This document shows, in pieces, positions 1 through 11,614 of a stretch of 64,000 bases of DNA. The position numbers were made by a program, and so were the translations under genes. Positions within the stretch are counted from its first letter, which is position 1; every line of letters begins with the position of its first letter. Location of the stretch: the NCBI GenBank assembly GCA_964528705.1, contig CAZGUW010000001.1, positions 2,429 through 66,428 of the forward strand, given 5' to 3'. Under the pieces are notes generated by a model. That model did no database searches, was not told the DNA's origin, and saw only the letters and a program-made list of their open reading frames with translations. Source of the stretch: an uncultured Geminicoccaceae bacterium. GTDB lineage: Bacteria > Pseudomonadota > Alphaproteobacteria > Geminicoccales > Geminicoccaceae.

Positions 1-205
1 CGGCATCCTGGACGGCTGACACGGCACCGGACCAGCAACGGAGCCGCGCGCCGGCGGCCGATTGGCAGGTCGGCCGGTTGCGGCTATGCTATGGCATGGC
101 CCGACAGCTGCCCCGAAACCACCCCAAGCGGCGCACCGGCGACCGCCCTGCCCCGACCGCCGCCCTGCGGCCGGGCAGTGTCTTGCCGAGCGGACGGCGC
201 CGACC

Positions 206-1291
206 TTGAGCGGGCTCGTGGCGGTTGCGGCGGTTCTTGGCCTCGTCGTCGGCTGGCTGCTCGAGCGCAGCCATTTCTGCACCATGGGGGCGATCAGCGA
301 CGCCTATCTCTTCGGCAGCCTGCGCCGGCTGCGCAGCTGGCTGCTCGCCATGGCGACAGCGCTCCTCCTGACCCAGGCGCTCGCCGCCACGGGCCTCGTG
401 CCGCTCGACGCCACGCCCTGGCTGGCGCCTCCCCTGGCGCCGCTGGCGCTCGTCGTCGGCGGCCTCCTCTTCGGCATCGGCATGGTCATGGCCGGCGGCT
501 GCGCCAGCCGGAACCTGGTGCGGCTCGGCACCGGCAGCCTGAAGGCGCTGGTCGTCGTCCTCGTTTTCGGCCTCACCGCGATGGCGACCGCCGGCGGCCT
601 GCTCGCCTGGCCGGCCGACCTCCTGCGTGCGGCCGCGGCCGGCGGCGGCCGGAGCCTCGGCGGCCTTCTGGCCGGCGGCCTTCCGGCGGATGCCGGTACC
701 CTCGACCTCGTCCTCGCCCTGTTCACCGGCGGCGGCCTGCTCTGGTGGATCTTCAAGGACCCGGCCTATCGCCGCAATCGTGGCGACCAGACGGTCGGCT
801 TCGGGCTCGGCATCGCCGTGGCGGCCGGCTTCCTCGCCACGGGCTGGCTCTTGCGCGACCCCGCCGGCTCCGCGCCGGTCCTGTCGCTCAATTTCGCGGC
901 TCCCCTGGCCGAGGCGGTCGCCTGGAGTGCGACGGGCCGGGGCAGCTGGCCCGGTTTCGGTGCCGCGCTCGTGCTCGGCACCATCGCCGGTGCCGCCCTC
1001 TCGGCCGGCCGGGCGAGGCGCGCGCGAATCGAGACGTTCGCGAGCCCTGACGATATGATACGCCACGTCGGCGGCGCCGCGCTCATGGGTTTCGGCGGCA
1101 TGCTGGCCCTGGGCTGCACGATCGGCCAGGGCGTAAGCGGCGTCGCGACCTTGGCGCCGGGCTCCTTCCTGGCGCTTGCCGGCATCGTTCTCGGTGCCCT
1201 CCTGGGGCTGCGCCGCCTTGAGCAGGGCAGCTGGCGGGGTGCTCTGGGTTGGGGCGTCGGTCGGCCGATGGAGCCGGCGGAGCGGGTTTGA
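206..1291 (+). CDS. YeeE/YedE family sulfur-compound (thiosulfate-type) inner-membrane transporter
   Basis: ORF 62..1291. It is a polytopic hydrophobic protein with the Cys-loop motifs ERSHFCTMGAISD, GGCASRNLVRLG and LGCTIGQGVSG typical of YeeE/YedE. The first ~48 codons of the ORF are Pro/Arg-rich and look non-coding. An in-frame TTG at 206 (or GTG at 218) precedes the first TM helix, so the start is uncertain. Confidence 0.8.
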   Translation: MSGLVAVAAVLGLVVGWLLERSHFCTMGAISDAYLFGSLRRLRSWLLAMATALLLTQALAATGLVPLDATPWLAPPLAPLALVVGGLLFGIGMVMAGGCASRNLVRLGTGSLKALVVVLVFGLTAMATAGGLLAWPADLLRAAAAGGGRSLGGLLAGGLPADAGTLDLVLALFTGGGLLWWIFKDPAYRRNRGDQTVGFGLGIAVAAGFLATGWLLRDPAGSAPVLSLNFAAPLAEAVAWSATGRGSWPGFGAALVLGTIAGAALSAGRARRARIETFASPDDMIRHVGGAALMGFGGMLALGCTIGQGVSGVATLAPGSFLALAGIVLGALLGLRRLEQGSWRGALGWGVGRPMEPAERV

Positions 1292-1328
1292 GGCAGGGCC
1301 GGGGCCGACCCGGCGCACAGGACAACGG

Positions 1329-2168
1329 ATGACGATGGCAGGAGCGGCGACAGGACGATCGGACGGCAGGGCGGTTGAGCCCGGGCCGGACGCCGCGCGT
1401 GCGCCGGGCCGGCCCCTGCGGCGGCTCGGCTTCGCCCTCGCCGCCCTCGCCCTGCTCGGCATCGCGGCGGGCTCCGCCCGGGCCAGCGGCTTCATCGCCG
1501 ACCTCTCGCATCACCTGATCGCCATCACCACCGCCTTCACCGGCAGCAACGTCCTCCTCTTCGGCGCCCTCGACGACCCCGGCAGCGATGTCGTGGTGGT
1601 GGTACGCGGGCCCGACACCAGCACCGAGGTGCGGCGCAAGAACCGCGTCGGCCTCGTCTGGCTGAACACCGACCAGATGACCTTCTCGGCGGTGCCTTCC
1701 TTCTACGCCATCGCGGCGAGCGCCCCCCTGGACGACATCGTGGCGCCCGACGAGCAGCGGCGGTTCGGCATCGGCGTCGACAATCTCGGTCTTCGCCCCC
1801 TGGATTCGAGCGATCGGTCCGCCGAGGAGATCCGCGAGTTTCGCGAGGCCCTTGTCCGCAACAAGGAGAAGGTCGATCTCTATGCGGCGGAGATCGCCCC
1901 GGTCCGCTTCCTCGGCGACAAGCTCTTCCGGACGACCCTCACCTTCCCGGCCAACGTGCCGCCGGGCAATTATCAGGTCGAAGTGCTTCAGTTGCGGGAC
2001 GGTTTCGTGGCCGGGGCGCAGACCAGCGTGCTCGTGATCTCGAAGGTCGGGCTCGAGGCCGAAATCTTCGATGCGGCACGCACCCAGCCGGCCATCTACG
2101 GCCTCGTCTCGGTCATCCTTGCGATCGGGGCAGGCTGGGCCGCAGGTGTCTTCTTCAGAAAGCAGTGA
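1329..2168 (+). CDS. TIGR02186 / Alph_Pro_TM (PF09608) family membrane protein
   Basis: This is the C-terminal 279 codons of ORF 1176..2168, starting at ATG 1329. It has a signal-like segment (LGFALAALALLGIAAGSARA), a conserved-looking body (FIADLSHHLIAITTAFTGSNVLLFGALDDP...VWLNTDQMTF) and a C-terminal TM helix. The family call is from memory of the alphaproteobacterial family. Confidence 0.65.
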   Translation: MTMAGAATGRSDGRAVEPGPDAARAPGRPLRRLGFALAALALLGIAAGSARASGFIADLSHHLIAITTAFTGSNVLLFGALDDPGSDVVVVVRGPDTSTEVRRKNRVGLVWLNTDQMTFSAVPSFYAIAASAPLDDIVAPDEQRRFGIGVDNLGLRPLDSSDRSAEEIREFREALVRNKEKVDLYAAEIAPVRFLGDKLFRTTLTFPANVPPGNYQVEVLQLRDGFVAGAQTSVLVISKVGLEAEIFDAARTQPAIYGLVSVILAIGAGWAAGVFFRKQ

Positions 2169-2171
2169 GCC

Positions 2172-2726
2172 ATGAGCGGTGCCAGCAGCAACCAGGCGGT
2201 ATCGGACGAACAGGCGCGGGTGGCGGCGTCCGAGGCGGACGAGCCCGTCGCCGACAAGCAGGAACCGCGCGTCTTCCTCGTCGTGGTCGACGAATCCGAG
2301 GAGATGCGGACCGCCCTCCGCTTCGCCTGCCGCCGGGCGCAGCACACGCGCGGGCGCGTCGCCCTGCTCTACGTGATCGAGCCTGTCGAGTTCCAGCACT
2401 GGATCGGCGTCGGCCGGGTGATGGAGGAGGAGGCGCGGAACGAGGCCGAGCGGCGGATGCAGACCCTGGCGGCCGACGTCTTCGCCCAGACCGGCTCGAT
2501 GCCGGCGGTCCACATCCGCGAGGGCCAGCGCGCCGAGCAGCTCGTGGCCCTGCTCGACGAGGAGCCGTCGATCTCGCTCCTCGTGCTCGGCACCGCGACC
2601 GGGGCCGCCGATCCCGGGCCGCTCGTCACCTATCTGACCAGCAGCGCCGGCCGCAACAAGCTGCGCGTGCCCGTCACGCTCGTGCCCGGCCATCTGAGCG
2701 AGACCGAGATCGACGCGCTGAGCTAG
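2172..2726 (+). CDS. Universal stress protein (UspA family)
   Basis: ORF 2172..2726 starts 3 nt after the upstream stop. The Usp fold pattern is present: VFLVVVDESEE ... ALLYVIEP ... LLVLGTATG ... VPVTLVPG. Confidence 0.75.
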   Translation: MSGASSNQAVSDEQARVAASEADEPVADKQEPRVFLVVVDESEEMRTALRFACRRAQHTRGRVALLYVIEPVEFQHWIGVGRVMEEEARNEAERRMQTLAADVFAQTGSMPAVHIREGQRAEQLVALLDEEPSISLLVLGTATGAADPGPLVTYLTSSAGRNKLRVPVTLVPGHLSETEIDALS

Positions 2727-2748
2727 GAGTAGGAGGCAAACCGGCCGC

Positions 2749-3483
2749 TCAGATGCGCTCGCCGCCGGGCAGGCGCATGAAACGGACCGGCAGGACCACC
2801 TCCCGTTCGAACGAACCGTCAGGCTGCCGGGTGACCAGCGTCAGCGCCTGCTCGTCCTCGGCCCGGCCGATCGGCGCCACCAGCCGGCCGCCCGGCGCCA
2901 ACTGGCGGAGCAGGGCCGACGGCAGGCGGTCGATGGCGAGACGGACGACGATCGCATCGAAGGTCCGCCCGCGTTCCGGCCAGCCGTCATAGGGATCGGC
3001 GCTGCGCACCGCCACATTGGCGAAGCCGAGCGCCTCGAGCCGGGCCGCGACGGAAGCGGCGGCCGCCGCATCGAGATCGACCGCATGGACGCGGGCCGCA
3101 AGCCGGCTCGCCACCGCCGCGTGATAGCCGCCGCCGACGCCGAGCACGAGCACGTCGTCGCCCGCGTCGATCTCCACGAGGTCGGACATCAGGGCGACGA
3201 GGAAGGGCTGCGATTCGCGCAGCCCGAACGCGGCCGGCAACGGCAAATCGAGATAGGCGTAGTCCGCCACCTCGTCGGGCACGAAGAGATGCCGCGGCAC
3301 CTCGCGAATGGCTTCGAGGATGGCAGGTGCGATCGCCGGCCGGCCGGTGAGGGGTGCCGCGAGCTCGGCGTTGAGCTCGACCTGGGCGACGAGGCCGGCT
3401 CGCGCCGCTGCGTAATCCGCCGCCTCCTCCGCCGCCGTCGCATGCGCCAGCAGGAGCAACGTCAGTGCCAGGCCGAGCCGCAT
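2749..3483 (-). CDS. pcm: Protein-L-isoaspartate O-methyltransferase-like, with N-terminal signal peptide
   Basis: ORF 2749..3483. Shows PRHLFVP, the SAM motif VLVLGVGGGYHAAV, and LAPGGRLVAPIG. The N-terminus MRLGLALTLLLLAHATAAEE looks like a secretion signal. Confidence 0.8.
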   Translation of the reverse strand: MRLGLALTLLLLAHATAAEEAADYAAARAGLVAQVELNAELAAPLTGRPAIAPAILEAIREVPRHLFVPDEVADYAYLDLPLPAAFGLRESQPFLVALMSDLVEIDAGDDVLVLGVGGGYHAAVASRLAARVHAVDLDAAAAASVAARLEALGFANVAVRSADPYDGWPERGRTFDAIVVRLAIDRLPSALLRQLAPGGRLVAPIGRAEDEQALTLVTRQPDGSFEREVVLPVRFMRLPGGERI

Positions 3484-3682
3484 GTCCCTCGCTCCCGGTG
3501 GTGGTCGGTCAGCCGGTCGAGCTTCCGGCGTCCATGAGACTATTCCGCCCGCGTCGCGTCAACGGCCGAGCGCTTCATTGGCGGGTACCTGCCATAGCAA
3601 GAACTCGGCCAATGTTCGCATTCTTGTCATTGTAAGCGACTGAAACATTGTCGCGGGAGCCGGGTGGTCATCCACAACGCCC

Positions 3683-3711
3683 TTGCAATCGCAATGGCGG
3701 GTCGCCATTAT
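3683..3711 (+). promoter_or_regulatory. Candidate sigma70-type promoter for cspA (TTGCAA-N17-CATTAT)
   Basis: TTGCAA at 3683-3688, a 17-nt spacer, then CATTAT at 3706-3711, in a locally AT-richer stretch. This would give a leader of about 135-140 nt before ATG 3857. Pattern match only. Confidence 0.35.
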
Positions 3712-3856
3712 CTTCGCCATCGATCCGCTAAGGTAAGTTGTTTCGGCTGGCATGGTTCGCCCGCCTTGGGTGCCGCAGGGTGCCTGGACTTCCTGACCGA
3801 CGTGGCTTGACGCCGTGGTGATGGTCGCCACGGTAACTTCAGCTTGGGGATGGAAT

Positions 3857-4066
3857 ATGTCCACCGGCACCGTTAAGTGGTTCAACAGCACCAAGGGCTA
3901 CGGCTTCATTCAGCCCGATAACGGCACGAACGACGTCTTCGTGCACATCTCGGCCGTCGAGCAGGCCGGCATGAGCAGCCTCAATGAGGGCCAGAAGATC
4001 TCGTTCGACGTGACGACCGACCCGCGCCGCGGCAAGACGTCCGCCACCAACCTGCGCGCCGTCTGA
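3857..4066 (+). CDS. cspA: Cold-shock protein, CspA family
   Basis: [34 protein letters not shown] carries the RNP1 (KGYGFI) and RNP2 (VFVHIS) motifs. The protein is 69 aa. ATG 3857 lies inside ORF 3815..4066. Confidence 0.95.
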   Translation: MSTGTVKWFNSTKGYGFIQPDNGTNDVFVHISAVEQAGMSSLNEGQKISFDVTTDPRRGKTSATNLRAV

Positions 4067-4090
4067 CCCTCAGACGTCGCGAACCGGATC

Positions 4091-4125
4091 GGGTCGGCCG
4101 GGAACGGCCGGCCCTTTTCGTCTTT
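4091..4125 (+). terminator. Rho-independent terminator downstream of cspA
   Basis: GGGTCGGCC (4091-4099) pairs with GGCCGGCCC (4106-4114) as a 9-bp stem with one G-U, around a 6-nt loop. It is followed by TTTTCGTCTTT. Confidence 0.6.
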
Positions 4126-4172
4126 GTGAGAAACGCAAGGGCCCGCTTCGCACCTGGGGCCAGGGAGAACGA

Positions 4173-4442
4173 ATGGCGAAGGAAGACATGATCGAGATGG
4201 AGGGCACCGTGACCGAGGTGCTCCCGGATGCGCGGTTTCGCGTCAAGCTCGAGAACGGCCACGAGATCATCGGCTACGCCTCCGGGCGGATGCGCAAGCA
4301 CCGCATCCGGATCATTGCCGGCGACCCGGTGACGCTGGAGCTGACGCCCTACGACCTGACCAAGGGTCGCATCAACTACCGCCACAAGACGGCCGGGCCC
4401 ACCCCGACCGGCAATCGCCGCCCGCCCCCGCGTCGCCGCTGA
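4173..4442 (+). CDS. infA: Translation initiation factor IF-1 with a C-terminal Pro/Arg-rich extension
   Basis: [67 protein letters not shown] aligns throughout with E. coli IF1. GGGAGA lies upstream of the ATG. The protein is 89 aa versus about 72 aa for the canonical form. Confidence 0.95.
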   Translation: MAKEDMIEMEGTVTEVLPDARFRVKLENGHEIIGYASGRMRKHRIRIIAGDPVTLELTPYDLTKGRINYRHKTAGPTPTGNRRPPPRRR

Positions 4443-4542
4443 GCGAACGGGAGATGCTGCGCCTTCGAGGCGCACCCGAGACCGGTTTTCGGGCGCTCGC
4501 CTGGTCGTGGCGCCCTTCATTTGAACGAGCGCCAGAACCAGC

Positions 4543-5640
4543 ATGGGCTTCAATTGCGGCATTGTCGGCCTGCCGAACGTCGGCAAGTCCACCCTTTTCA
4601 ACGCGCTGACGCAGACCGCGGCGGCAGCCGCGGCCAATTATCCGTTCTGCACCATCGAGCCGAATGTCGGCCGCCTGCCGGTGCCGGACCCGCGCCTCGA
4701 CCTTCTCGCGAAGCTCGCCAAATCGGCGAAGACCCTGCCGACCCAGCTCGAGATCAAGGACATCGCCGGCCTCGTCCGCGGTGCCTCCAAGGGCGAGGGC
4801 CTCGGCAACAAGTTTCTCGGCGCCATTCGCGAGGTCGACGCGATCCTCGAGGTGCTGCGCTGCTTCGAGGATGACGACATCACCCATGTCGAGGGCGGCG
4901 TCGATCCGCTGCGTGATGCGGAGCTCATCCAGACCGAGCTCCTGCTCGCCGACATCGACAGCCTGAACCGGCAGAAGGACGGGCTCGTCAAGCGCATCCG
5001 CGCCCAGGACAAGGAAGCGAAGCGCCGGCTCGAGCTGATCGAGCAGATCCTGCCGCAGATGGAGGAAGGCCTGCCGGTGCGGCGGCTGGCGCTGAGCCTG
5101 GACCAGCGGGCCCTGCTCGCCGACTTCACGCTCCTGACCGCCAAGCCCCTGCTCTACGTCCTCAATGTCGACGAGGCCTCGGCGGCAGAGGGCAACGAGC
5201 AAAGTGCGAAGGCCGCCGCCATGGCCGCCGGCGAAGGGGCCGGCAGCGTCGTCGTCTCGGCGGCGATCGAGGCCGAGCTCGCGGGCCTGCCGGACGAGGA
5301 GCGGGCCGAGTACCTCGCCAGCCTCGGCCTCGAGGAGCCAGGCCTCAACCGGGTCATCCGCGAGGGCTACGCGCTGCTCGACCTCATCACCTTCTTCACG
5401 GTCGGCCCCAAGGAGGCGCGCGCCTGGACCGTCGAGAAAGGCGCCACAGCCCCCCAGGCCGCCGGCGTCATCCACACGGATTTCGAGCGCGGCTTCATCG
5501 CCGCCGAGGTCATCGCCTACGACGACTTCGCCGCCCTCGGCAGCGAGCAGGCGGTCAAGGAGGCCGGCAAGATGCGACTCGAGGGCCGCGACTACGTCAT
5601 CAAGGACGGCGACGTCTGCCACTTCCGCTTCAACGTCTGA
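4543..5640 (+). CDS. ychF: Redox-regulated ribosome-binding ATPase YchF
   Basis: MGFNCGIVGLPNVGKSTLFNALT (P-loop), 365 aa, with a TGS-like C-terminus (GFIAAEVIAYDD...EGRDYVIKDGDVCHFRFNV). Confidence 0.95.
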   Translation: MGFNCGIVGLPNVGKSTLFNALTQTAAAAAANYPFCTIEPNVGRLPVPDPRLDLLAKLAKSAKTLPTQLEIKDIAGLVRGASKGEGLGNKFLGAIREVDAILEVLRCFEDDDITHVEGGVDPLRDAELIQTELLLADIDSLNRQKDGLVKRIRAQDKEAKRRLELIEQILPQMEEGLPVRRLALSLDQRALLADFTLLTAKPLLYVLNVDEASAAEGNEQSAKAAAMAAGEGAGSVVVSAAIEAELAGLPDEERAEYLASLGLEEPGLNRVIREGYALLDLITFFTVGPKEARAWTVEKGATAPQAAGVIHTDFERGFIAAEVIAYDDFAALGSEQAVKEAGKMRLEGRDYVIKDGDVCHFRFNV

Positions 5641-5667
5641 GCCTCCCCGGGAAAGCCGGCCGGAGGC

Positions 5668-6765
<1,098 letters not shown>

Positions 6766-6815
6766 CGACGATATCTCTCTTTCTCAAACTGACCGGTGGC
6801 GAGGCACGGCCGGGA

Positions 6816-8584
<1,769 letters not shown>

Positions 8585-8668
8585 GTTGCGTTCCCTGCCC
8601 GATCTGGTTGCGTCAGCCCCGTGGCGGCACGCTGCGGGCGCGAAGCGCCGGCAGCGTGCCCTGCCCGA

Positions 8669-9937
8669 CTACCAGCCCGAACGGCGGATGCGCTTCAGGT
8701 TGCGCTCGAGCTCCGCGAGGTTGGTGGTGGCGTCGCCGTTGCCCGACAGCGTGTTGTGCACGGCTGTCCAGAACTCCTGGCTCACCTGGTTGTAGTTGGC
8801 CTTGGTCGGCGCCGACGGCCGCGGCACCGCGTTCAGGAAGATGTCGAGCCAGAGCGGGATCACCGGCTGCGTCTCCGCCACCTCGGCATCCTCGTAGAGG
8901 GCCGGGATCGTCGGCAGGCGGGTCGTCTCGATGGCCCGGTCCTTCTGCACCTCGGCGCTGGCCAGGAACTTGACCAGCTCGATCGCCGCCTCCTGGTCCG
9001 GCGAGTAGGCCGAGACCGCGAGGTTCCAGCCGCCGAGCGTGGCAGCACTCCGGTCACCGCTCGGCCCCGTCGGCAGCGGCACCACGGCGAACTGGTCCTT
9101 GACGGCCGAATCGTCGCCATTGCTCAGCGCGTAGGCATAGGGCCAGTTGCGCATGAAGACGGAGTTGCCGACCTGCCAGACGCCGCGGGCCTCCTCCTCC
9201 TTGTAGCCGAGGACGCCGGGCGGCGAGATGGTGTCGACCCAGGTCTTGGCGAGATCGATCGCCTCGGCGGCATTCTCGTTGTTGATCGAGATCTCGCCGT
9301 CCGGCTCGACGATCTGGCCGCCGCCGTTGGACTTCACCCACTCGAGCGCGTTACAGGTGAGCCCTTCATAGGCGGAACCCTGCCAGACGAAGCCCCAGAT
9401 CTCGGCATTGCCCTCGGCGCGCTCGGCCTCCATCACCGCCTGCGCCGTCTCGGCCATTTCGACCCATGTGGTCGGCGGCTCGAAGCCGTGCTTCTCGAGC
9501 AGGTCGGTCCGGTAATAAAGAGCCGGTGCATCGGTGAACATCGGCAGGGCCACGATCTTGCCGTCCACCGTCTGCGATTCGATGATCGCCGGGAAGTGCT
9601 CGCCGACGACGTCCTGCACGTGCTCGGTGAGGTCGACGAAATGGCTCGCCAGCTGCGGCGCCCAGATGACATCCGTACGGTAGACGTCGATGTCGGGGTT
9701 CTCGGCCGAGAGCCAGAGCCGGTACTGGCCAAACTGGTCGGTGGTCGAGGCCGGCATTGTCACGATCGAGACCGTATGGCCGGTCCGGTCCTCGAACCAG
9801 TCCAGATGCTTGCGCAGCTCGTCGATGTCCCGGCCGACCGCACCGCTGACGATCGACAGCTCGGCGGCACTGGCAGCACCACTGGCCAGCCCGGCCAGGA
9901 TAAGGGTCAGCAGTCCAGTTCGTATGCGCCGACGCAT
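8669..9937 (-). CDS. ABC transporter substrate-binding protein, family 1 (trehalose/maltose ThuE-like)
   Basis: MRRRIRTGLLTLILAGLASGAASAAELS is a signal peptide. The mature part resembles ThuE-type disaccharide binders (VYRTDVIWAPQLASHF...ALPMFTDAPALYYRTDLL). It is the C-terminal 422 codons of ORF 8669..10738. Confidence 0.85.
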   Translation of the reverse strand: MRRRIRTGLLTLILAGLASGAASAAELSIVSGAVGRDIDELRKHLDWFEDRTGHTVSIVTMPASTTDQFGQYRLWLSAENPDIDVYRTDVIWAPQLASHFVDLTEHVQDVVGEHFPAIIESQTVDGKIVALPMFTDAPALYYRTDLLEKHGFEPPTTWVEMAETAQAVMEAERAEGNAEIWGFVWQGSAYEGLTCNALEWVKSNGGGQIVEPDGEISINNENAAEAIDLAKTWVDTISPPGVLGYKEEEARGVWQVGNSVFMRNWPYAYALSNGDDSAVKDQFAVVPLPTGPSGDRSAATLGGWNLAVSAYSPDQEAAIELVKFLASAEVQKDRAIETTRLPTIPALYEDAEVAETQPVIPLWLDIFLNAVPRPSAPTKANYNQVSQEFWTAVHNTLSGNGDATTNLAELERNLKRIRRSGW

Positions 9938-10135
9938 GGCCGAACCTCCCTCTTGGTCGTTGGAACCTTGCTGTTGTTCTAACCCATCGTGACACGAAAT
10001 CCAGACACCGCAACCATAGACGTCAAGGCGAAAGCAAAATGGCACAAGTCCGACGGTTGGCCCGGGCAATCGCTCTGGCGCAACTTTCGTGCGTGTACTA
10101 ACGAGGCTTGGTCCCGAGACGGCGAGAGTATCGCC

Positions 10136-11614
10136 TTGAACGTGCTCCTGATCACCGCCGATCAGTGGCGGGCCGACTGCCTCGGCTGCGCGGCCGGGCT
10201 GCCGGTGCGCACCCCGGCGATCGACGCCTTCGCCGGCGACGCGGTGCGCTTCAGGCGGCACTTCGCGCAAGCCACGCCCTGCGGCCCGTCGCGCGCTTCC
10301 CTGCTGACCGGCCTCTACGCCTTCAACCACCGCTCCATCAGCAACGGCACGCCGCTCGACGCACGGCACCTGACGCTGGCGCAGGTCGCCCGCCGGCACG
10401 GCCTGCGACCGCTGCTCTTCGGCTACAGCGACACCAGCATCGATCCCCGCACCGTCCCCACGGACGATCCGCGCCTCCTGACCTACGAGGGAGTCGCACC
10501 CGGCTTCGAGCCGGGCTGCCTGCTGCTCGAGGACGGCGCGCCCTGGCTCGGGCACCTGGCCGAGCGGGGCTACGGCCGGCTCACCGTCGACGAGGTCTAC
10601 GCGACACCGCTCGGGGCGCCGGCCATCTTCGCCGCCGAGGACAGCGAAACCGCGTTCCTGACCGACCGCTTCCTCGACTTCCTCGGCCGGCCCGGCAGCG
10701 ATCCCTGGTTCGCCCACCTCTCCTACATCAAGCCGCACCCGCCCTGGATTGCCGCCTCACCTTACAACTCGATGTACGAGCGGAGCGCCATGCCGCGGCC
10801 CCGCCGGGCGCCGACCATTGCCGCAGAGGCCGCCCGGCATCCCTACCTCGCCTGGCTGCTCGACCAGGCGTTCAGCGGCTGGATGGGCGGGACGTTCGAC
10901 CGTTCCTCGGCGCTGGACGAGGCCGTGGTGGCCGAGCTTCGCGCCGTCTATCTCGGCCTCGTCAGCGAACTCGACCACCAGCTCGGCCGGGTGTTCCGGG
11001 CGCTGGCGCGAACCGGACAGATGGAGCGCACGCTCATCGTGCTGACCGCCGATCACGGCGAGATGCTGGGCGACCACTGGCTGCTCGGCAAGAACGGCTT
11101 CTGGCCGGAGGCCTTCCACGTCCCGCTGATCGTCCGCCACCCCACCCGTCAGCGCCCGGGCCACGTCGTCGACGCCTTCAGCGAGCATGTCGACCTGATG
11201 CCGACGATCCTGGCGACACTCGGCCTGCCGATCCCGCGCCAGTGCGACGGCCACGACCTGTCGGAACTTCTTACAGGCGGAAATCCAGCCAACTGGCGCT
11301 CGGCCGCGGTCTACGAGCACGACTTTCGCGACCTCGAGCATGGCCGCCATCGCCAGCTCACCGGTGTCGACGACCACGTTGCCTGCCTCGTCGCCCGGCG
11401 CTCGGGCGATCGGCTCTACGTGCAATTCGGTGGCCTCGCGGCCGGGTGCTGGAGCGAGGCGGATGGCGGCGAACGCGCCGCAGTGGACGATCCGGCAGTG
11501 CTCCTGCACGAGGCGGAGGCCCTGCTCCGCCATCGCCTGACCCATGCGGAGCGGCGGCTGACCGGTTGTCTGCTGACACCCGAAGGTGTGCGCGGCGGCT
11601 ACGACCCGCTCTGA
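10136..11614 (+). CDS. Sulfatase family protein (Cys-type, formylglycine motif)
   Basis: NVLLITADQWRADC ... ATPCGPSRASLLTG is the C-x-P-x-R sulfatase signature. ORF 9989..11614. The 9938-10135 stretch is visibly lower in GC, and TTG 10136 gives the usual MNVLLITADQ N-terminus, so the start is uncertain. Confidence 0.85.
   Translation: MNVLLITADQWRADCLGCAAGLPVRTPAIDAFAGDAVRFRRHFAQATPCGPSRASLLTGLYAFNHRSISNGTPLDARHLTLAQVARRHGLRPLLFGYSDTSIDPRTVPTDDPRLLTYEGVAPGFEPGCLLLEDGAPWLGHLAERGYGRLTVDEVYATPLGAPAIFAAEDSETAFLTDRFLDFLGRPGSDPWFAHLSYIKPHPPWIAASPYNSMYERSAMPRPRRAPTIAAEAARHPYLAWLLDQAFSGWMGGTFDRSSALDEAVVAELRAVYLGLVSELDHQLGRVFRALARTGQMERTLIVLTADHGEMLGDHWLLGKNGFWPEAFHVPLIVRHPTRQRPGHVVDAFSEHVDLMPTILATLGLPIPRQCDGHDLSELLTGGNPANWRSAAVYEHDFRDLEHGRHRQLTGVDDHVACLVARRSGDRLYVQFGGLAAGCWSEADGGERAAVDDPAVLLHEAEALLRHRLTHAERRLTGCLLTPEGVRGGYDPL

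Noticed and set aside
89-1495. Multiple long overlapping ORFs (for example 89..1495, 1083..2693, 7769..9982, 10108..12015, 14862..16331, 42060..43934, 54815..56362).
   Set aside because: All overlap, in other frames or strands, ORFs with recognisable family motifs. Their products are Arg/Pro/Gly/Ala-rich. These are the expected spurious frames of a high-GC genome.
5641-5667. A GC-rich hairpin (GCCTCC-CCGG-GAAAG-CCGG-CC-GGAGGC) between convergent ychF and the ABC ATPase gene, as a bidirectional terminator.
   Set aside because: The stem exists, but there is no T-tract on either strand. I cannot support it as an intrinsic terminator from sequence alone.
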